Notes: a model not told the origin generated them from the letters alone. A stretch of DNA of 62,430 bases, filler included, from Sphacelaria rigidula (GCA_964200075.2; 10 parts of 10 records of this genome joined end to end with filler, not necessarily neighbours in it), one strand, 5' to 3'. Positions 26,615-39,651 are shown, counted from the first letter of the whole stretch. Numbers and translations are program-made.

Positions 26615-26705
26615 AGACGACGACGATTACGACGATTACGACGATGACGACGGCATCAGCAACAACAACAACAACAATCAACAATCAACAATCAACAACA
26701 ATCAA
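26615..26705 (+). repeat. Compound microsatellite (GAC/GAT/CAA)n
   Basis: Read directly from the sequence. Confidence 0.9.
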
Positions 26706-27740
26706 TATTCTGCTCAAACTCAGAACTCTTGACGAGTTTGGAGGTTACAGCAGTCAAGTGTAAGCATAGCTTGAATATCTTTGTGCTTCCCTTCAACATC
26801 CTTCAAGCTAGCCGAAGGCCATTTGACATCATTCAACAGTGGTCTTAGAGAAGTAAAATAGAGCAGACCTATAGCTGGCAGTCCGTGAGGTTAAAGACAG
26901 GGCAGTTGCGACCTCCGAGGTACACCTGTTCCATGACGTCGCCTATCGTGAACCCTAGATCCAAGAATGACTGCACAGGAGAAAGCGGCAAGCCGGAAGA
27001 CACACATATCACACACAATGGCTCACGAAGGTGTTCCTGATTACGGCTTCGATACGCAGGAAGCATCACCTACTTCTTCCAGAAGCTTTCAGGGAACAAA
27101 AAGGGCTATATACTATGCTATACAGGCTGGTCGAACTGTCAAACCCAAGAATGTAACTCCAGCGGTAGTCCATTCGAGGTGTGAGAGTTAGAACCTGAAC
27201 AAATTTTTTAAAACGAAGACATCGACCATTCGAAAGCCATCACTGGGGGTGTTTTCATTCTTTTTACGAGAATTGAGTCAGTTTGAGTAAACATCCGAAT
27301 CAGACATCCGATTTGTCTCCAGGGAGAAAGCTCAAGAACGCCCCCAGTGACTGGCCTTCGAATGTTCGATACGCTCCTCTCCTGGAACGTCCAGATTGTT
27401 ACCCTCAGACCTCGAGTGAGCAAGCAGCAGTATAGAGATTCTTGAGAGCATGTCAATCCCGTACATGATCCTACTGGTTTTGCCCAACATATGATTCGTC
27501 CACAACTTTCGAACGACGACAAGCTAGGAGCCGAAACATGTATGTATCGTTGTTTTCGTTTAATGTCAGTTCCATGCTCACCGAGTTTCAGCTCAATCTA
27601 ACAGGAATTTGGACGTCTTGCCTTTTTAAGCAAGTCGCAACCAATGGGTACCACCACCAGGTTTTACTCGGTGTTCGAGGATAAGCTGATCATGGAAATG
27701 CCTGGATGACCGATCAGAGGACGCTAAACACTCCAGGGAA

Positions 27741-28015
27741 GAGCAATGCCACGATAGGGGTTGCACTTTTTCAGCAAAAACGTTTCTCGGGGCTGCACGG
27801 GGTGTTGCATGAGTCATTTTGAGAATCGGCATCATTTCTACTTGAAAAAGACTGAAAATGATGCCGATTCACATAAAGGCCCTTGCGTGCAAAACATCAT
27901 GTTTCTAGAAGCCCGGTCCCCGGAGATTTGGGTTGCACAGTAAGCCCCATATATTTGGGCTCGTACAAAAAAGAGACCCAGAAGCAAAAGTGCAACCCCT
28001 ACCGTAGCATTGCTC
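27741..28015. mobile_element. 275-bp MITE, same TIR family with a different interior
   Basis: GAGCAATGCCACGATAGGGGTTGCACTTTT / AAAAGTGCAACCCCTACCGTAGCATTGCTC. Flanks GGAA and GGTA form a near 4-bp TSD. Confidence 0.85.
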
Positions 28016-29230
28016 GGTACTAGAGGTATCTCAAACTCGGCTCCCGGTATCCTAGTTTATTCGCTGGCTCTGCCTTGTGTACTATTGTTTCAAGTAAAAG
28101 TGATCGCGATTCATGGGAGGACCTGACCCAGCGGTGAAAGGGTCTCATCATCTGATGGATCGCCATCACTTTCACTTGCAACAGCAGAACAAAATAAACC
28201 AGGATACCGAGATCCGAGTTTGAGATACCTCTACTTGTACGAATGCAGGGATCCTACTTACTGTGCTGCGCTTCGCTCGCGATCGTGCTCGGTGCCCCGG
28301 AGACTTTTTTGGGGATATTATGGTGGGATCAACCTGTATCGGTGACAAATGCTTGAACCCCTGCATCTTTTTTCCGTAAGTGGTCGCCCGTGTGCTGGAG
28401 GTTTAGTGGTGTTCACCAGGATTCTTCTCGGTGTGGGCACCAAGCACCTTCGCCATTCTGTGCGCAATCATCATTGATTCGCTTGAACTGGTTAATCTTT
28501 TTACTGCCGTACATTCGCTGTTCCCGGGGGGATCCAGGCGCACTGACAAGACAGCTGTACGCGAGGAGAAAAAACAGCACGCCTCGCTAAAGGAAACTCG
28601 ATAAAAGGACGACGAAGAAACAAAGGCAGAGCGAACATAGAAAATTCAACAAAATCAAGAGGAAAAAGCATGAAACCAGAAGGAGGGAAAGAAAAGGGGA
28701 ACGGAAGAAGGGAAACAAAAAAACGTGATAGAATACACACCCCGCCCAACGGATGACATTTTGAAAAAGGAAGTGTACAGCGTGGAATATGGGATCTAGA
28801 AACTATTGTAATAGACGTAATAGGTAATAATGTACGTAGTACACGTCTCGACAATGAAATCTGCCATCCAGTGTGTAATAGAAAGCGAGTGTTTCTGAAG
28901 AAGCGCACATGTACACCATACTTCTTATGTATATGTCCTGGTTCACACAAGGGTAGAGGCTTGATCGGGTTGCGCTTGCCGAAAACATGGCGTCACAGTA
29001 TGATGGATTTTGCACGAATAGACACCAAAGTGCATTTGAGCGATAGGAAATCAAATGCACGACACCATACGAAGGGGGAGAACTCGTCCCACAAACAAAA
29101 CTCGGCATAAAGGATTCGGTTAGCCCATAGGAGCAAGAGAGGTAATGGCGTGTCAAACCCCGATGTTACTAGCTCCGTGGTCACAGACGAAGATACCCAA
29201 AGGAGAGCGCCGACAACCATATTGAGAAAA

Positions 29231-29485
29231 TAGCAATGCTACGGTAGGGGTGCACTTTTGCGCAAAATCATGTCTGGTTAAGGGGTTCCTTACTATTCTA
29301 GATGCACGAGAAAATGGGTACGGGCATCCCCGTTTACACTTCCATTCGGGATATCCCTAGCACATTGAAATAGTAATCCTGGCGTACTCTCACATATTTC
29401 ATAAGTCGTATTTTGAGTGAGATTAAGGGTTTCTAACAACTCTAACCTCAGAAAATATTTGTGCATCCTTTCCGTAGCATTGCTG
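29231..29485. mobile_element. 255-bp MITE, inverted copy of 25653-25908, TSD AAAA
   Basis: Same TIRs. The interior is the diverged reverse complement of the 25653 copy. AAAA is present on both flanks. Confidence 0.9.
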
Positions 29486-29881
29486 AAAAGTGTACACCGC
29501 GGTAGGCTCTCTTTACGACTTCGATTCAGCATCTGCGGGTCATCGATGAATGTCAGCGGACACAAAAATAAGTAGCATAATCGTGAAGATCCCATATAAT
29601 CCTGATCAACCAGGTTCATGATTTCTGTCCACGTTAAACACGGTACTTTTCTGAAGAATGATCTTGGATGCGTTCATGCACAACATTCCAATCATACCCA
29701 CGAGCATGTTGACCTGCAAACAGCTCACGATCTCATCATGCGAAGTCTAGCCTTTGTCACACTCAAACAGAAATATCGCTTCAGCAGATATGAAATCAAT
29801 TAGCCCGCAATCAGCACATAACAATTATGGATCCCACATCTAGCATAGGCAAGAACACTACCTTAAACAGCAGATTATCGG

Positions 29882-30300
29882 AATTGAGGATGGAGCTTTC
29901 CATTGGGGATGAGAACCCGGAGGATTAAAATCTTCGTATCCACACCAAGTCTTCGAAATATGGTTCCGATCCCTCACGTACTGGTAGGTATTGACAAGTA
30001 CTAAACGCCATATAAATTGTGATTTCGATAACCGAAATGTTGCGGTCATGGGTGGAGAAGCAATTTCGGGGTATTTCGGCGATCCGATCGGATCACCTAA
30101 ATTCCCCAAGATTTTTTCTTCGTCTAGCACCCCAACAACTCGGTTATCGACATCAAAAATTTGTTGGGCGGGTAGCAGTTGTCAATAGCTACCAGTTAGT
30201 AAAGGAATGGAACCATATTTCGAAGATGTGGTGTGGATACGAAGATTTTAATCCTCCGGGTTCTCATCCTCAATGAAAAGCAAAAGCTCCATCCTCAATT
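29882..30300. repeat. Foldback (long inverted repeat) with arms of about 120 bp
   Basis: Arm 29882-30002 is the reverse complement of 30173-30300. Arm fragments also occur at 37521-37580 and about 18625-18661. Confidence 0.9.
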
Positions 30301-30683
30301 TCGATGATCGGCCGTTCTTTGCTTGTAACGTTCTAGCATTTGCCATTTTCCGAAAAACACCTCTGAGATACCGAAACACGGAAAAAAACGGTCCCGATGA
30401 AAGTAATAGTGGCAAACGGTATGAAGGAATGGCCTACCCCTGTAGCATGGCTTCTCGTGAGCACGTTGTGCAAAATATCACACACATTCAAAAACGCAAC
30501 GAGGCGTAAGATGGCCGTGGGAGCAGGTTGTCACTCCGCGATTTAGAAACCACACAAATTGAACATGAACTCTCACCCACAAGCTCGACAGAAGCAAGGT
30601 ACAGATACTACTGCAGGTATGACACAAACGAAACAAAACAGGGCAGAATATTTTCGATAGGGACGGAGGGGAAAAGAGAGACA

Positions 30684-30685
<2 letters not shown>

Positions 30686-30718
<33 letters not shown>
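30686..30718 (+). repeat. (GA)n microsatellite
   Basis: Read directly from the sequence. Confidence 0.95.
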
Positions 30719-30720
<2 letters not shown>

Positions 30721-31832
30721 TAGAGAACAAGCGGAATAAGGAAGTGGTTGAATTCATTCAGTGCTTGCTTTTGTTGCTATTTGTTGAAGAGAAACTCAAA
30801 GGTCACAATGGACATTCATGTCATCTTGAGTAATGCGTACTTCCTTTGTCTCATGAGTTAGGGTACCTATGGGCAACTCGTAGTCTGGGTACAACCGTGC
30901 TAGCGAGGATGGTATAGTCGGGTTCGTGAAAAAGATGAAACGAAGACGAAGCTAGAGGAGAACATGAGTGGGGTTCTATTCGATTGCGTGCAGGTGGTTA
31001 AAATATACCCTCTTTTGGCCTATTTTGGCCTATTTTGGGGATATTGTTGAGAATTGTTTTTAGAACATTTTTGAGAATTCTCAAAACGTTATCAAAAGCG
31101 TCCAAATTAGTACCCTACCTGCTTACTACACCATTTTAGTGATGGACTCGCCCCCCAGCACACCCCCNNNNNNNNNNNNNNNNNNNNNNNNNNNNNNNNN
31201 NNNNNNNNNNNTTAATTAATTAANNNNNNNNNNNNNNNNNNNNNNNNNNNNNNNNNNNNNNNNNNNNGACTATGGAAGCCTTACCTTCGTGTCGGGAGTG
31301 ATATTGGCGTGATTTGGGCCTAGCACGAACCGCTCCAACTTGCGCGTTTACTTGTACCTACTTTTGGGCTGAAATAGAGGGTGATGTTCCCACTTATGCC
31401 TTTCGCCTAAAACATACTCGTATCAGCCCGTCTCTCGATGCTTATCCAAAGCGCCTAGTTTTTATCCCAAGCCCAAGGCCCTTGGGCGCCCTTTATTCGT
31501 CTTGTTGTCAGTGCAGGTTGGCAGAAACGTTAGCGTTGACATCACACACGTGGCCAATCGTCTCCTATCCGACGTAATACTTTTCAACATTCAGCGCACT
31601 TATACTCTACTTTTGGTCGCTGTTGCTTACTCGAGAGGATTCACTATCCTCTGCAATACTCTGGGCGATTTGATTCCATCCAGAGGAATGTGTGCCCTTC
31701 AGGAGTTTCACATACCTCATACTCTCGAGCAATTTTGAACCTCTAGATTTGTTTTCTTCTGAAATGTTCTCGAGGTACAGGCCTTGTTGCAAGCAACTCC
31801 AGAGGAATATTTGCACTCTATAGAGCTTCCAC

Positions 31833-33217
31833 ATGCCTCCATATGCTCTATCTCGACGAGCAGCCAGAGAACAGGCTCGTGCCAATCGCGCTGCTGCAAG
31901 GGTGGTGTCTGGGTCCAATGAGCTAGTAGTTACCACCTGGAATGTACGAACCGTGGCTGAGAGAGGAACCAACGGTGCAAGCCACGCAAAGGACCTGATG
32001 CTCTTTGCATCCAAGTACGCCGCGATGGAAGAACAAGCTTCCAAGCGCCAACAGTGGGGTATATCATGTTACTGCAGCAATCACTGCAATGGAGACGAGG
32101 GTGACCGGCGAACGCTCGGCGTCGGCCTCGCCACTCTGAAGTGTGTCGCCAGCACGCTAGACCCCAAAGGTTTCGTCCCGGAACACATTTGTGCAAGGAT
32201 ACTTGAGGTGCGAGTAGTTTCCAGACAGAGTTGCCACAACCGTCATCGTAGGGCATGCCCCGACTGAGACAGCTTACACATCTAAAAAGACCAAGTTCTG
32301 GGAGGCACTTGGTAGTTCCATCGCTGAGTAACCCGCCAACGAGCACTTGGTGCTTATGACGGGTGCCAGTGCTCGCACCGGAAAGAAAGAAGAAGGCCTG
32401 GATGGCGTACGGGTATTGGGAAAGAGTGGCAGAGGCACCCGGAATGATAACGGCAGACGTCTGCTGAAATGCGTTGCGGAACAAAAAATGGCAATCGCCA
32501 ACATATTTTTTCGCTTATGCAGGGCCGAAGACCGTACACTACTGGCGCCTGGACTACATTCTGGTGCGTCAGCAAGACCGGAGACTCTTACGAAACGTCA
32601 CTGTGCATCCCAAGATGAAATCGGACATTAGACACGTCTCAGCCACCATCCGTCACCTCGGACGGAGTGCACCCAAGCGCTGATCAAAACCGAGATGTGG
32701 GAACAGCGGAGTGCGCTTCGACCGGAAACCCCCCACGTCCGACCGACGATGGAAAGCGATTGTTTCGCAGGCCATTGTCGCTAAGCTTCCGAATCCCACC
32801 AACTCCACCGCAGTTCTGGACGTCAATGACATGGCATCGACCTTCACCAACGCCCTGCGACAGACGGCTGTGGATACAATCCCACGCAGCCTAGAAAACT
32901 CCGGATGTAGAGGCCTGGAATATCAGCGAATGGGTATGGGAGAAACTATGCGCCAACCCCGAAGACCCTGGCCCGAAAAAGGCGCTGAATCTAATAGACA
33001 AGACATCCAAGCGGATGAAGGACGCCGAACTGCAGCACTTCATGCATGAGTTCACCGTCCGGACAGCGGAATTTGCTCGCAAGAGGGACCAAGCAGGGCT
33101 GTACCAACTCATCAAGCCCTTGGAATTCCAAGAGAAGAAGAGATGCGGCTGAACCCACATCAGGAGCGCGACTGGCGAGTTGTTGCGGGACAAACAAGCT
33201 ATCTTACAATACGAGAG
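31833..33217 (+). pseudogene. Degenerate LINE (RTE-like) 5' part with APE endonuclease
   Basis: Motifs TWNVRT, LMTGASARTG (degenerate GDxNARxG), NDNGRRLL, IANIFF, RLDYILV and SD. Stops and frameshifts are present. Confidence 0.9.
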
Positions 33218-33606
33218 TGATGAGAAGAAGCTCGTCGCATCGGTGGCGATTATACCCTTTTCCTCATCATATTTCCATTATTCTCCACCACATCACCCCA
33301 TACCGTACCCCATGTTTACTCACATGAAACTGATATGAAACATGAACAACTGAAGAACTGACATGAACTGAACTCGGGTGCGTGGCATGTGCGTGCCACG
33401 CTACGAAATAACAATAGGAATGCGTCATATCACACAATCCGATGAAACGCCTCCTGTACGGAATACTTCGACATCCCTACATTCCGGTTATTCCGTCCAC
33501 ATAATCCTTGTATCACAATCACGCAATCCAACATGCGCGCGGTATCCTACATACCACCCTTAGCTTCACGACTGAGCGTAAGCATTTTCGATCAGCCCCC
33601 CTGTTC
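33218..33606 (-). mobile_element. 3' LTR (33218-33594) with polypurine tract of an LTR retrotransposon (Copia-like) nested in the LINE
   Basis: The minus strand reads TGAACAGGGGGC, then TGATCG...CTCATCA. The TGAT/ATCA termini are inverted, and the LTR edge coincides with the loss of LINE homology. Confidence 0.65.
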
Positions 33607-34150
33607 ACGGCGCAGTCGTGATCTCGAAAACGCAATGACACAGGACGACATCGCTAAATACTGAGAGTTACTCCACAAGGTCACATAATACCCAAGCCTT
33701 AGTATCTGGAGATAAGAAGGACGACGTGAACCCAACATGTGAATAACCTTCTTACACACACACTAGTTTCGCTAATTCACCTACAACAATAAAGAGTAAT
33801 TCAACGCTCAAACATTGAACCCTCGTATTGCATCTTATATTTCGATTTTCTTGCACCGGCAACTACAATCTCTCACCATGATCATCAATCTTCATTCAGG
33901 TTCAACATCTCGCCCTCCCCGACATCCGATCAAGGATAATCATACTATACAACCAATGCGAAGCAGTTTAGCTTCCTCGATCTTACCGTGATTGTACTAC
34001 TGTGAAGCCCGTGAATGGAGGTCTTACCGACCAAAACTCCGTTGCCCACAAAAAATATAATGAATGCGGACGGATATTGAAGACGCATTGAAGACGCATT
34101 GAAGACGTCATAGACTGGTCGAGCCTGTGCCGAACCTCTGCCGAACACGA

Positions 34151-34335
34151 CACACGCTCCATCCCAAGTTACCTAGGTTTAGTATGCGACAGCTGTAAAT
34201 TTTTCATCGCTACTATCTCGAGACAGGAAACAAACCGGCCCCTAGAACTTCACAGCCCCCCGCGCACACACTAAACGTAGTGAGTTTGGCAAGCGTAGTT
34301 GCTAAATCGCCCCAGCGGATCCGAAAAGCCCCAGA
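34151..34335 (+). repeat. Dispersed repeat of about 190 bp, copy 2
   Basis: Colinear with 18405-18593. Confidence 0.9.
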
Positions 34336-36110
34336 GCGTTGCAGGAAACGCGCCTTGTAGTACATTCTGTGTTCGGTGCAGCGGTTTGCGAAGTGCTGCG
34401 TCCTCCGCGGCACGCGTATGGAGTCCTCCCCGGCACGCTCATGGAAACCATTTCAAATTCACTAATTCTGGTGTGTGGGAAGCGCAAGCATCAAACCGTG
34501 GTCCAATCTTCTGCGTCGTTGCCGAGAAAGTAGCGTTGAAAGATAAGCAAAACAACATTCTGCAACAAGAAGGGCACAACAACAACACGAGCAGCAGCTT
34601 CTATCCTCCTGTTGTTGTAACCCTGTTTACAGGTATACAGCAACGTCAGTCACAGGTATGTTGTAGAATGTACTAAAGCGATACGTCATACATTTCGTAT
34701 GAGCGCCGTCGGCATTTCGAGTGACGCGTGTACTTGTGATTGACACTGATTGGCTCATTTAGGTTTCATTTCTTCTGCACTCAACTGACTGTGGAGTTGG
34801 TCAGTCCATTTTCCCGGTATATAGTGCCCAAAATCGGGCCTCAATCACGGGCATAACTATGTCAATCCAAGTTCCGGTTCGGACTCAAATAAAATTCATT
34901 TCGGGGAAGTATTAAACGCCAGTCCTGCATCAAAAACAACTCTTGCTCCTTGACTTATCAACGACGTCAGTATACTCTGCCTTCCCGTGATATACAACAC
35001 GTATTTCCGCATTCAGAAAATGGGAAGTATTACCCAGTTCACACAATATTGCCCCCCTCAGGCTACCTCTACACTAACTGCCTTGATCATGTACTCAGTG
35101 TTGGCACATATCTGTCAACTCAATCCTCATGGACCGCCCGCGGAAAATTGTCCACCATGAATCGCTCAAATTCCCAAAACAATAAAAACAATCCCGAAAA
35201 TTCTGCGTCCAACCTGACCAGATCGATCTTCGACGATAATCCGTCCACTTTCACTATTTTACCGGAATTATTCCCGACAATCTTGCTCTCGACTTTATTA
35301 TCCCTGTGAACAAACATCAACTTCGTTGTCGTACCTTGAACAGCAACGGCAATCTCCTCTCCAACTTCACTATCACATCAAACAAAATACCATACCAGTG
35401 CGGTAGTCGACGAATCTCTTGAGGACTACTCCATCAATCACCCTACAAATTGTAAAACTCCATTCCATGTTCAGAGCCGATAACAAACGCATACTCAAAT
35501 CAATCAAAACATACGCCCACTATATGTTTTCAATCCATTATTGCACGGTGGACTACTCCCCCACGCCCCCCAGCTCCGATGACTAGAGCGGTGTTAGTGG
35601 TGTCGGTTGGAAAGGCTTCGAATTCGGCGTTCAGTTGTGGAGGGAAGAGTGAGAAAAGGTGCAGTCACTGGGAGGCGGCGGCGCTGTGGAAAATTGTCGA
35701 AGGTGGCCGCGACGGGGTGTCAACGGTGGACGGTAGCAGCCATGGTGCGGCGAAGATCTTGGAATGCGGTGTGGTTCTCGAGACAGCATCGTTGTCGGCG
35801 TAGCGGGTAGAGGTGGTATTTGTCGCTAGGTAATGAATGATGGTGACGTTGAACGGCGGTAGCCATCGCACGGTGGGTGTAGAAGATGGTACAGTAAGTG
35901 AAATTATCTTGGTACGGACGGCGAAATGGTTTTGAGGCGGGTAGCGTGGTATGGATCACACATGCCGACGTAAACGGCATCGTCGACGTGAGGGGATATG
36001 AGGGGTGACGGTCGGCGTGATCGGTCTCAGTGGATCGGCAATTTTCGGCAAGAGCTGGTGGAGAAGGGAGTGCTGATGTGTTTTCGACATCGTCGGCGAC
36101 GTCGTCGGCC

Positions 36111-37020
36111 AAGTGAAAAGAATGGTTCGAAACGCTTCTGAACGCAACCTCGACTATACTCGACCACTCTGTTATCGATCTCATCGAACAGGTGCCGGAG
36201 CACGCGCCGCTCTCGGTCGAGCCCTCGATGGAAAAAGTAAAGGAAGCAGTGAACAAGCGGGTGAATGACGAGGACGTTGTGACTGACAATATCCGTGGCG
36301 AACTGTTGAAGCTCGGTCGCACCGAGGACTGCCGTCCTGAAGTGTCTCCACAACATCGTGCTCATTTCGTGGGAAAGTAGGACTGCAGGAGTGGAAAGAC
36401 ACCATTATCAAGGTGCTTAAAAAACACAGAACCCTCACGAATGCCGCAACTACCGCGGCATTTCGCTAGGATCCCACGCGGGCAAGGTGGTTCTCAAGAT
36501 AGTTGCGACTCGCCTCAGTGCCAACTGCGAGTGGAAGGGAATCTTCCTAGAAGCTCAATGCGGCTTCGGACCCGGCCGGTCGACAGTGGACATGATGTAC
36601 GTGGTGCGCAGACTCGACGAACTGGCCGGAGAGAAGCATCTTCCACTGCACATGTGCTTTCTCAACCTCCAAAAAGCGTCAGACTCCGTCGACCGCCTTG
36701 TTTTCTGGAAGGTGCTAGCACCATACAGCGCCCCGCCAAGATGATATACATTTTTTCTGCCAGTTCCTCGACGGAATGCGGGCACGCGTACGCCTCGACA
36801 GTGGCGAGACGTTTGGGTGGTTTAACGTTAACCAGTGCCTTCGCCAAGGCTGTATGTTTTCCCAAATATTACTCAACATCTTCTTCGCGGCGGTGCTCAC
36901 GGTGACGTTCGACCGCTTCTCGATCAATGAAGCGGTGGCGAAGGGCTTCATCCGCATCGCTGAACAAGGCGGGAAGGCCAGGGATGAACTTCGCCAACTA
37001 ATCTGGGCCATGCTACATAT
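36111..37020 (+). pseudogene. Degenerate LINE (RTE-like) reverse transcriptase, 3' part
   Basis: Motifs EWKDTII, NYRGISL, QCGFGPGRSTVD, FLNLQKASDSVDR and LRQGCMFSQILLNIFF. The match breaks off at WAMLH, just before the expected (Y)ADD. Confidence 0.92.
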
Positions 37021-37673
37021 AGTACTGGGCGCCTGAACTATTTTTTGTTCAGAAGGGGTTATTCTGGCGACGACTTTTCAATGGAACTCGAAAGCGCCAG
37101 CGTCGGTAGATCTTAGTAAAATGAACATACCGTCTTTCTCCTCTAGTGCCCAAGTTAGATTCAGTCAGTTTTTATCGGATTTTCTTATTTTCTTTATTTT
37201 TTCTTATTTTTGTTCCTGTTCTTTTCTCTGTTCCTTTTTTTTTCCCTTTTTTTTCCCTTGGAGTATGCTTCAGTTTGGTTTTTCTTGGGTACGTCTATCA
37301 TGAGACCACGGCTGGACCCCTTGGGGGGGGGGGGGGGGGGGGGGGGTGGGGGGGGGGTGTGTGGGAGGGGGGAAGGATATAAAAAAAAAAAAAACTGGGG
37401 AAAGGAGATGAGGATACTTTNNNNNNNNNNNNNNNNNNNNNNNNNNNNNNNNNNNNNNNNNNNNTTAATTAATTAANNNNNNNNNNNNNNNNNNNNNNNN
37501 NNNNNNNNNNNNNNNNNNNNTTAATCCTCCGGATTCTCATCCTCAATGAAAAGCACCATCCTCAACATAGATGATCGGCTGTTTTTACGTGAAGATTTTG
37601 CCTCCCAAAAACATGCACTTTTTTGGGGGGGGGCTATCGTAGAATGTGTCATTTATTTGCCGCCAGCATATAA

Positions 37674-37969
37674 CAACGTTTTCGTGAGATTGAGAGTAGA
37701 GCGCTGATTGAGAGTGGCTTTGATCATTCATTTTAACTTGGCCAATTTTTCATTCCGTGTGTGTTTTTCTTCGCCCCTATCGCTGGCGTATGCTTATAGC
37801 TACACGTCGATATCGTATTCAGATATATCAATGGCTCCAGTGGCAAGCTATAACAGAAACAATATGGGGCCTCGTCGATGGGCAGTTCGGAACAGAAACG
37901 ATTCATTTACTAATTGACAAATTTTCACTCTCAATCGTATCCTCTGCTCTCAATCTCACGAAAACACTG
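37674..37969. mobile_element. MITE of about 296 bp with TIR CAGTGTTTTCGTGAGATTGAGAG (hAT-like terminus)
   Basis: Inverted ends caacgttttcgtgagattgagag / ctctcaatctcacgaaaacactg. Partial copies occur at 12509-12577 and about 50215-50375. No clean 8-bp TSD. Confidence 0.8.
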
Positions 37970-38219
37970 TTACATATCATATATTTTCGTGCGTTCACAT
38001 AAATCATGTAGTGGGTAGGTGGCTCTGCGGAAGAAACCGCAATAAATCCTGCTGGCTAGTAAATATTGGCTTCCTTTGTAGTGTTAAGGTGCACACTCTG
38101 GACAGCAGAGGGCATTAGAGAGTTTCCGAAAGCGGTTTTTCGTCATTTTTTCGGAGTGCAAATATGTCAGGATCAGAGTTTTTTCAAATAATATTATTGT
38201 ACCTGTCGCACTTTGAACC

Positions 38220-38340
38220 CCTCCCCTTCCTCGGAATGAGTCCGTGGTCTCAAGGAATCAAACCATCTCTCCTCCGGTACACGCCTTGCATTTTGGTCTC
38301 GTTGATTGGGTCATGACTAACCCTCCCTCACCGCGTCAAC
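38220..38340 (+). repeat. Dispersed repeat also present at 8378-8500
   Basis: Shared CCCTTCCT..GAGTCCGT.GTCTCAAGG...CCGGTACACGCCT..CATTTT. Confidence 0.75.
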
Positions 38341-38354
38341 TCACGTCAAGCCGA

Positions 38355-38506
38355 CACAGTTGACTACTTTGTTTACTCACGTTCTTACGCTTTACACACA
38401 AAGTGGAAATCAGATATTACGAAGAAAAACCCCAACGCATCGGGAATCGAACCCTCGTTCTCTCCATCCCATAATGGCGACAGTCGGACCATTACGCCAC
38501 CGGGGC
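38355..38506 (-). mobile_element. tRNA-derived SINE head (Pol III A and B boxes)
   Basis: Minus strand GCCCCGGTGGCGTAATGG (A box) ... GGTTCGATTCC (B box), with tRNA-like spacing but no pairing acceptor stem. Confidence 0.7.
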
Positions 38507-39430
38507 GCGGCAATCAAGTGCAGAATAAAAAACAAACTCATCGAAAACAAATTGAGGGGATACCGTATTTGACGGAGGGGGAACTAATTTCTCGTTGCAC
38601 TCTGATCCTAATATATTCTCACTCTGAAACGACAAAGAAAGACGCTTTCCAAAACTCTATAGCAAAAAGTGTACTGAATACAGTATCAATATCACGTATA
38701 TTCACAACAAAAAATAGACAATGAAAGATTCGATACTGGATGCAGTGCGCTTTTCACCGATGAACCTAATTGTCCAGCTCAATTACCCAATTTACCGGAA
38801 TGTTTAGTGTAATTATCCAATGTAATCGATTATTCAGCGTGTGGTTGGGTGTCAACGCCAAGGGTGAGGAGCATGACCATCGCCCACAGTGGGATTGATT
38901 GGAGGATGGTAGGCCTGAGGTTGATAAGCCCGCCGTAAAGCACCTTCGGCTTGACGTACCCGGGTCATTGGTGCGCGGGTCCGATCAATGGAGGTGGTGA
39001 CCACAGCTGCAAGTGTTACTCATCCGGTATTACTCATACAGAGATAATAATGACTCAGCTGTTTTTAGTATGTATCCGAGCGGTAGCCTTGGGTGAGAAA
39101 CATGAGCAGCAAACGCCTATGACAACTTATTGACGCTTCCGCTTTCTGTTTTTTCGTACAACGCAACACTCACCCGAAACCCGTCCCATCAATATCGCGC
39201 AACAATACACTAAACAAGATGGAGGACCACGGGCGCGCGACTGTAGAAACAAGACCACGCTGACGTGCAAGAAACCAAATTTACGTATAGCGTTGATTGC
39301 ACCCAATTTTACAACATTGTACCCTTGTTGTGGCGATTGTACACGCGCGAGACAAAGCGTCGGCCCAACATCGTTCGACACCGTGCGATACTCGAAATAA
39401 TCGAAATAATCGAGTGCCATTGGTGCGATC

Positions 39431-39651
39431 TGTGACGAAATTAAGCCGTTACGTTGAGTTGGTAGTGATGATCTGGATAATGACCGGGGACACGGGGATG
39501 ATACCCTGACGGGCCTATGAGGCTGTGTCTGCGAGGCCATTCCGGATAATGAGATATTGTAAAGGCTGGCGACTGAAACTGAGGCCAGTGCGACTGGGGA
39601 GTCTCTCAAACAGCAGTGATCCGGCAGTTCTTCTTCTGGGCTGGCGTCACA
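39431..39651 (+). repeat. Candidate 5' LTR (221 bp)
   Basis: Perfect 7-bp inverted termini TGTGACG...CGTCACA, 335 bp upstream of the gag ATG. Confidence 0.6.

Noticed and set aside
38430..38506. Functional tRNA gene
   Set aside because: A and B boxes are present, but the acceptor and anticodon stems do not pair. A SINE head is more likely.
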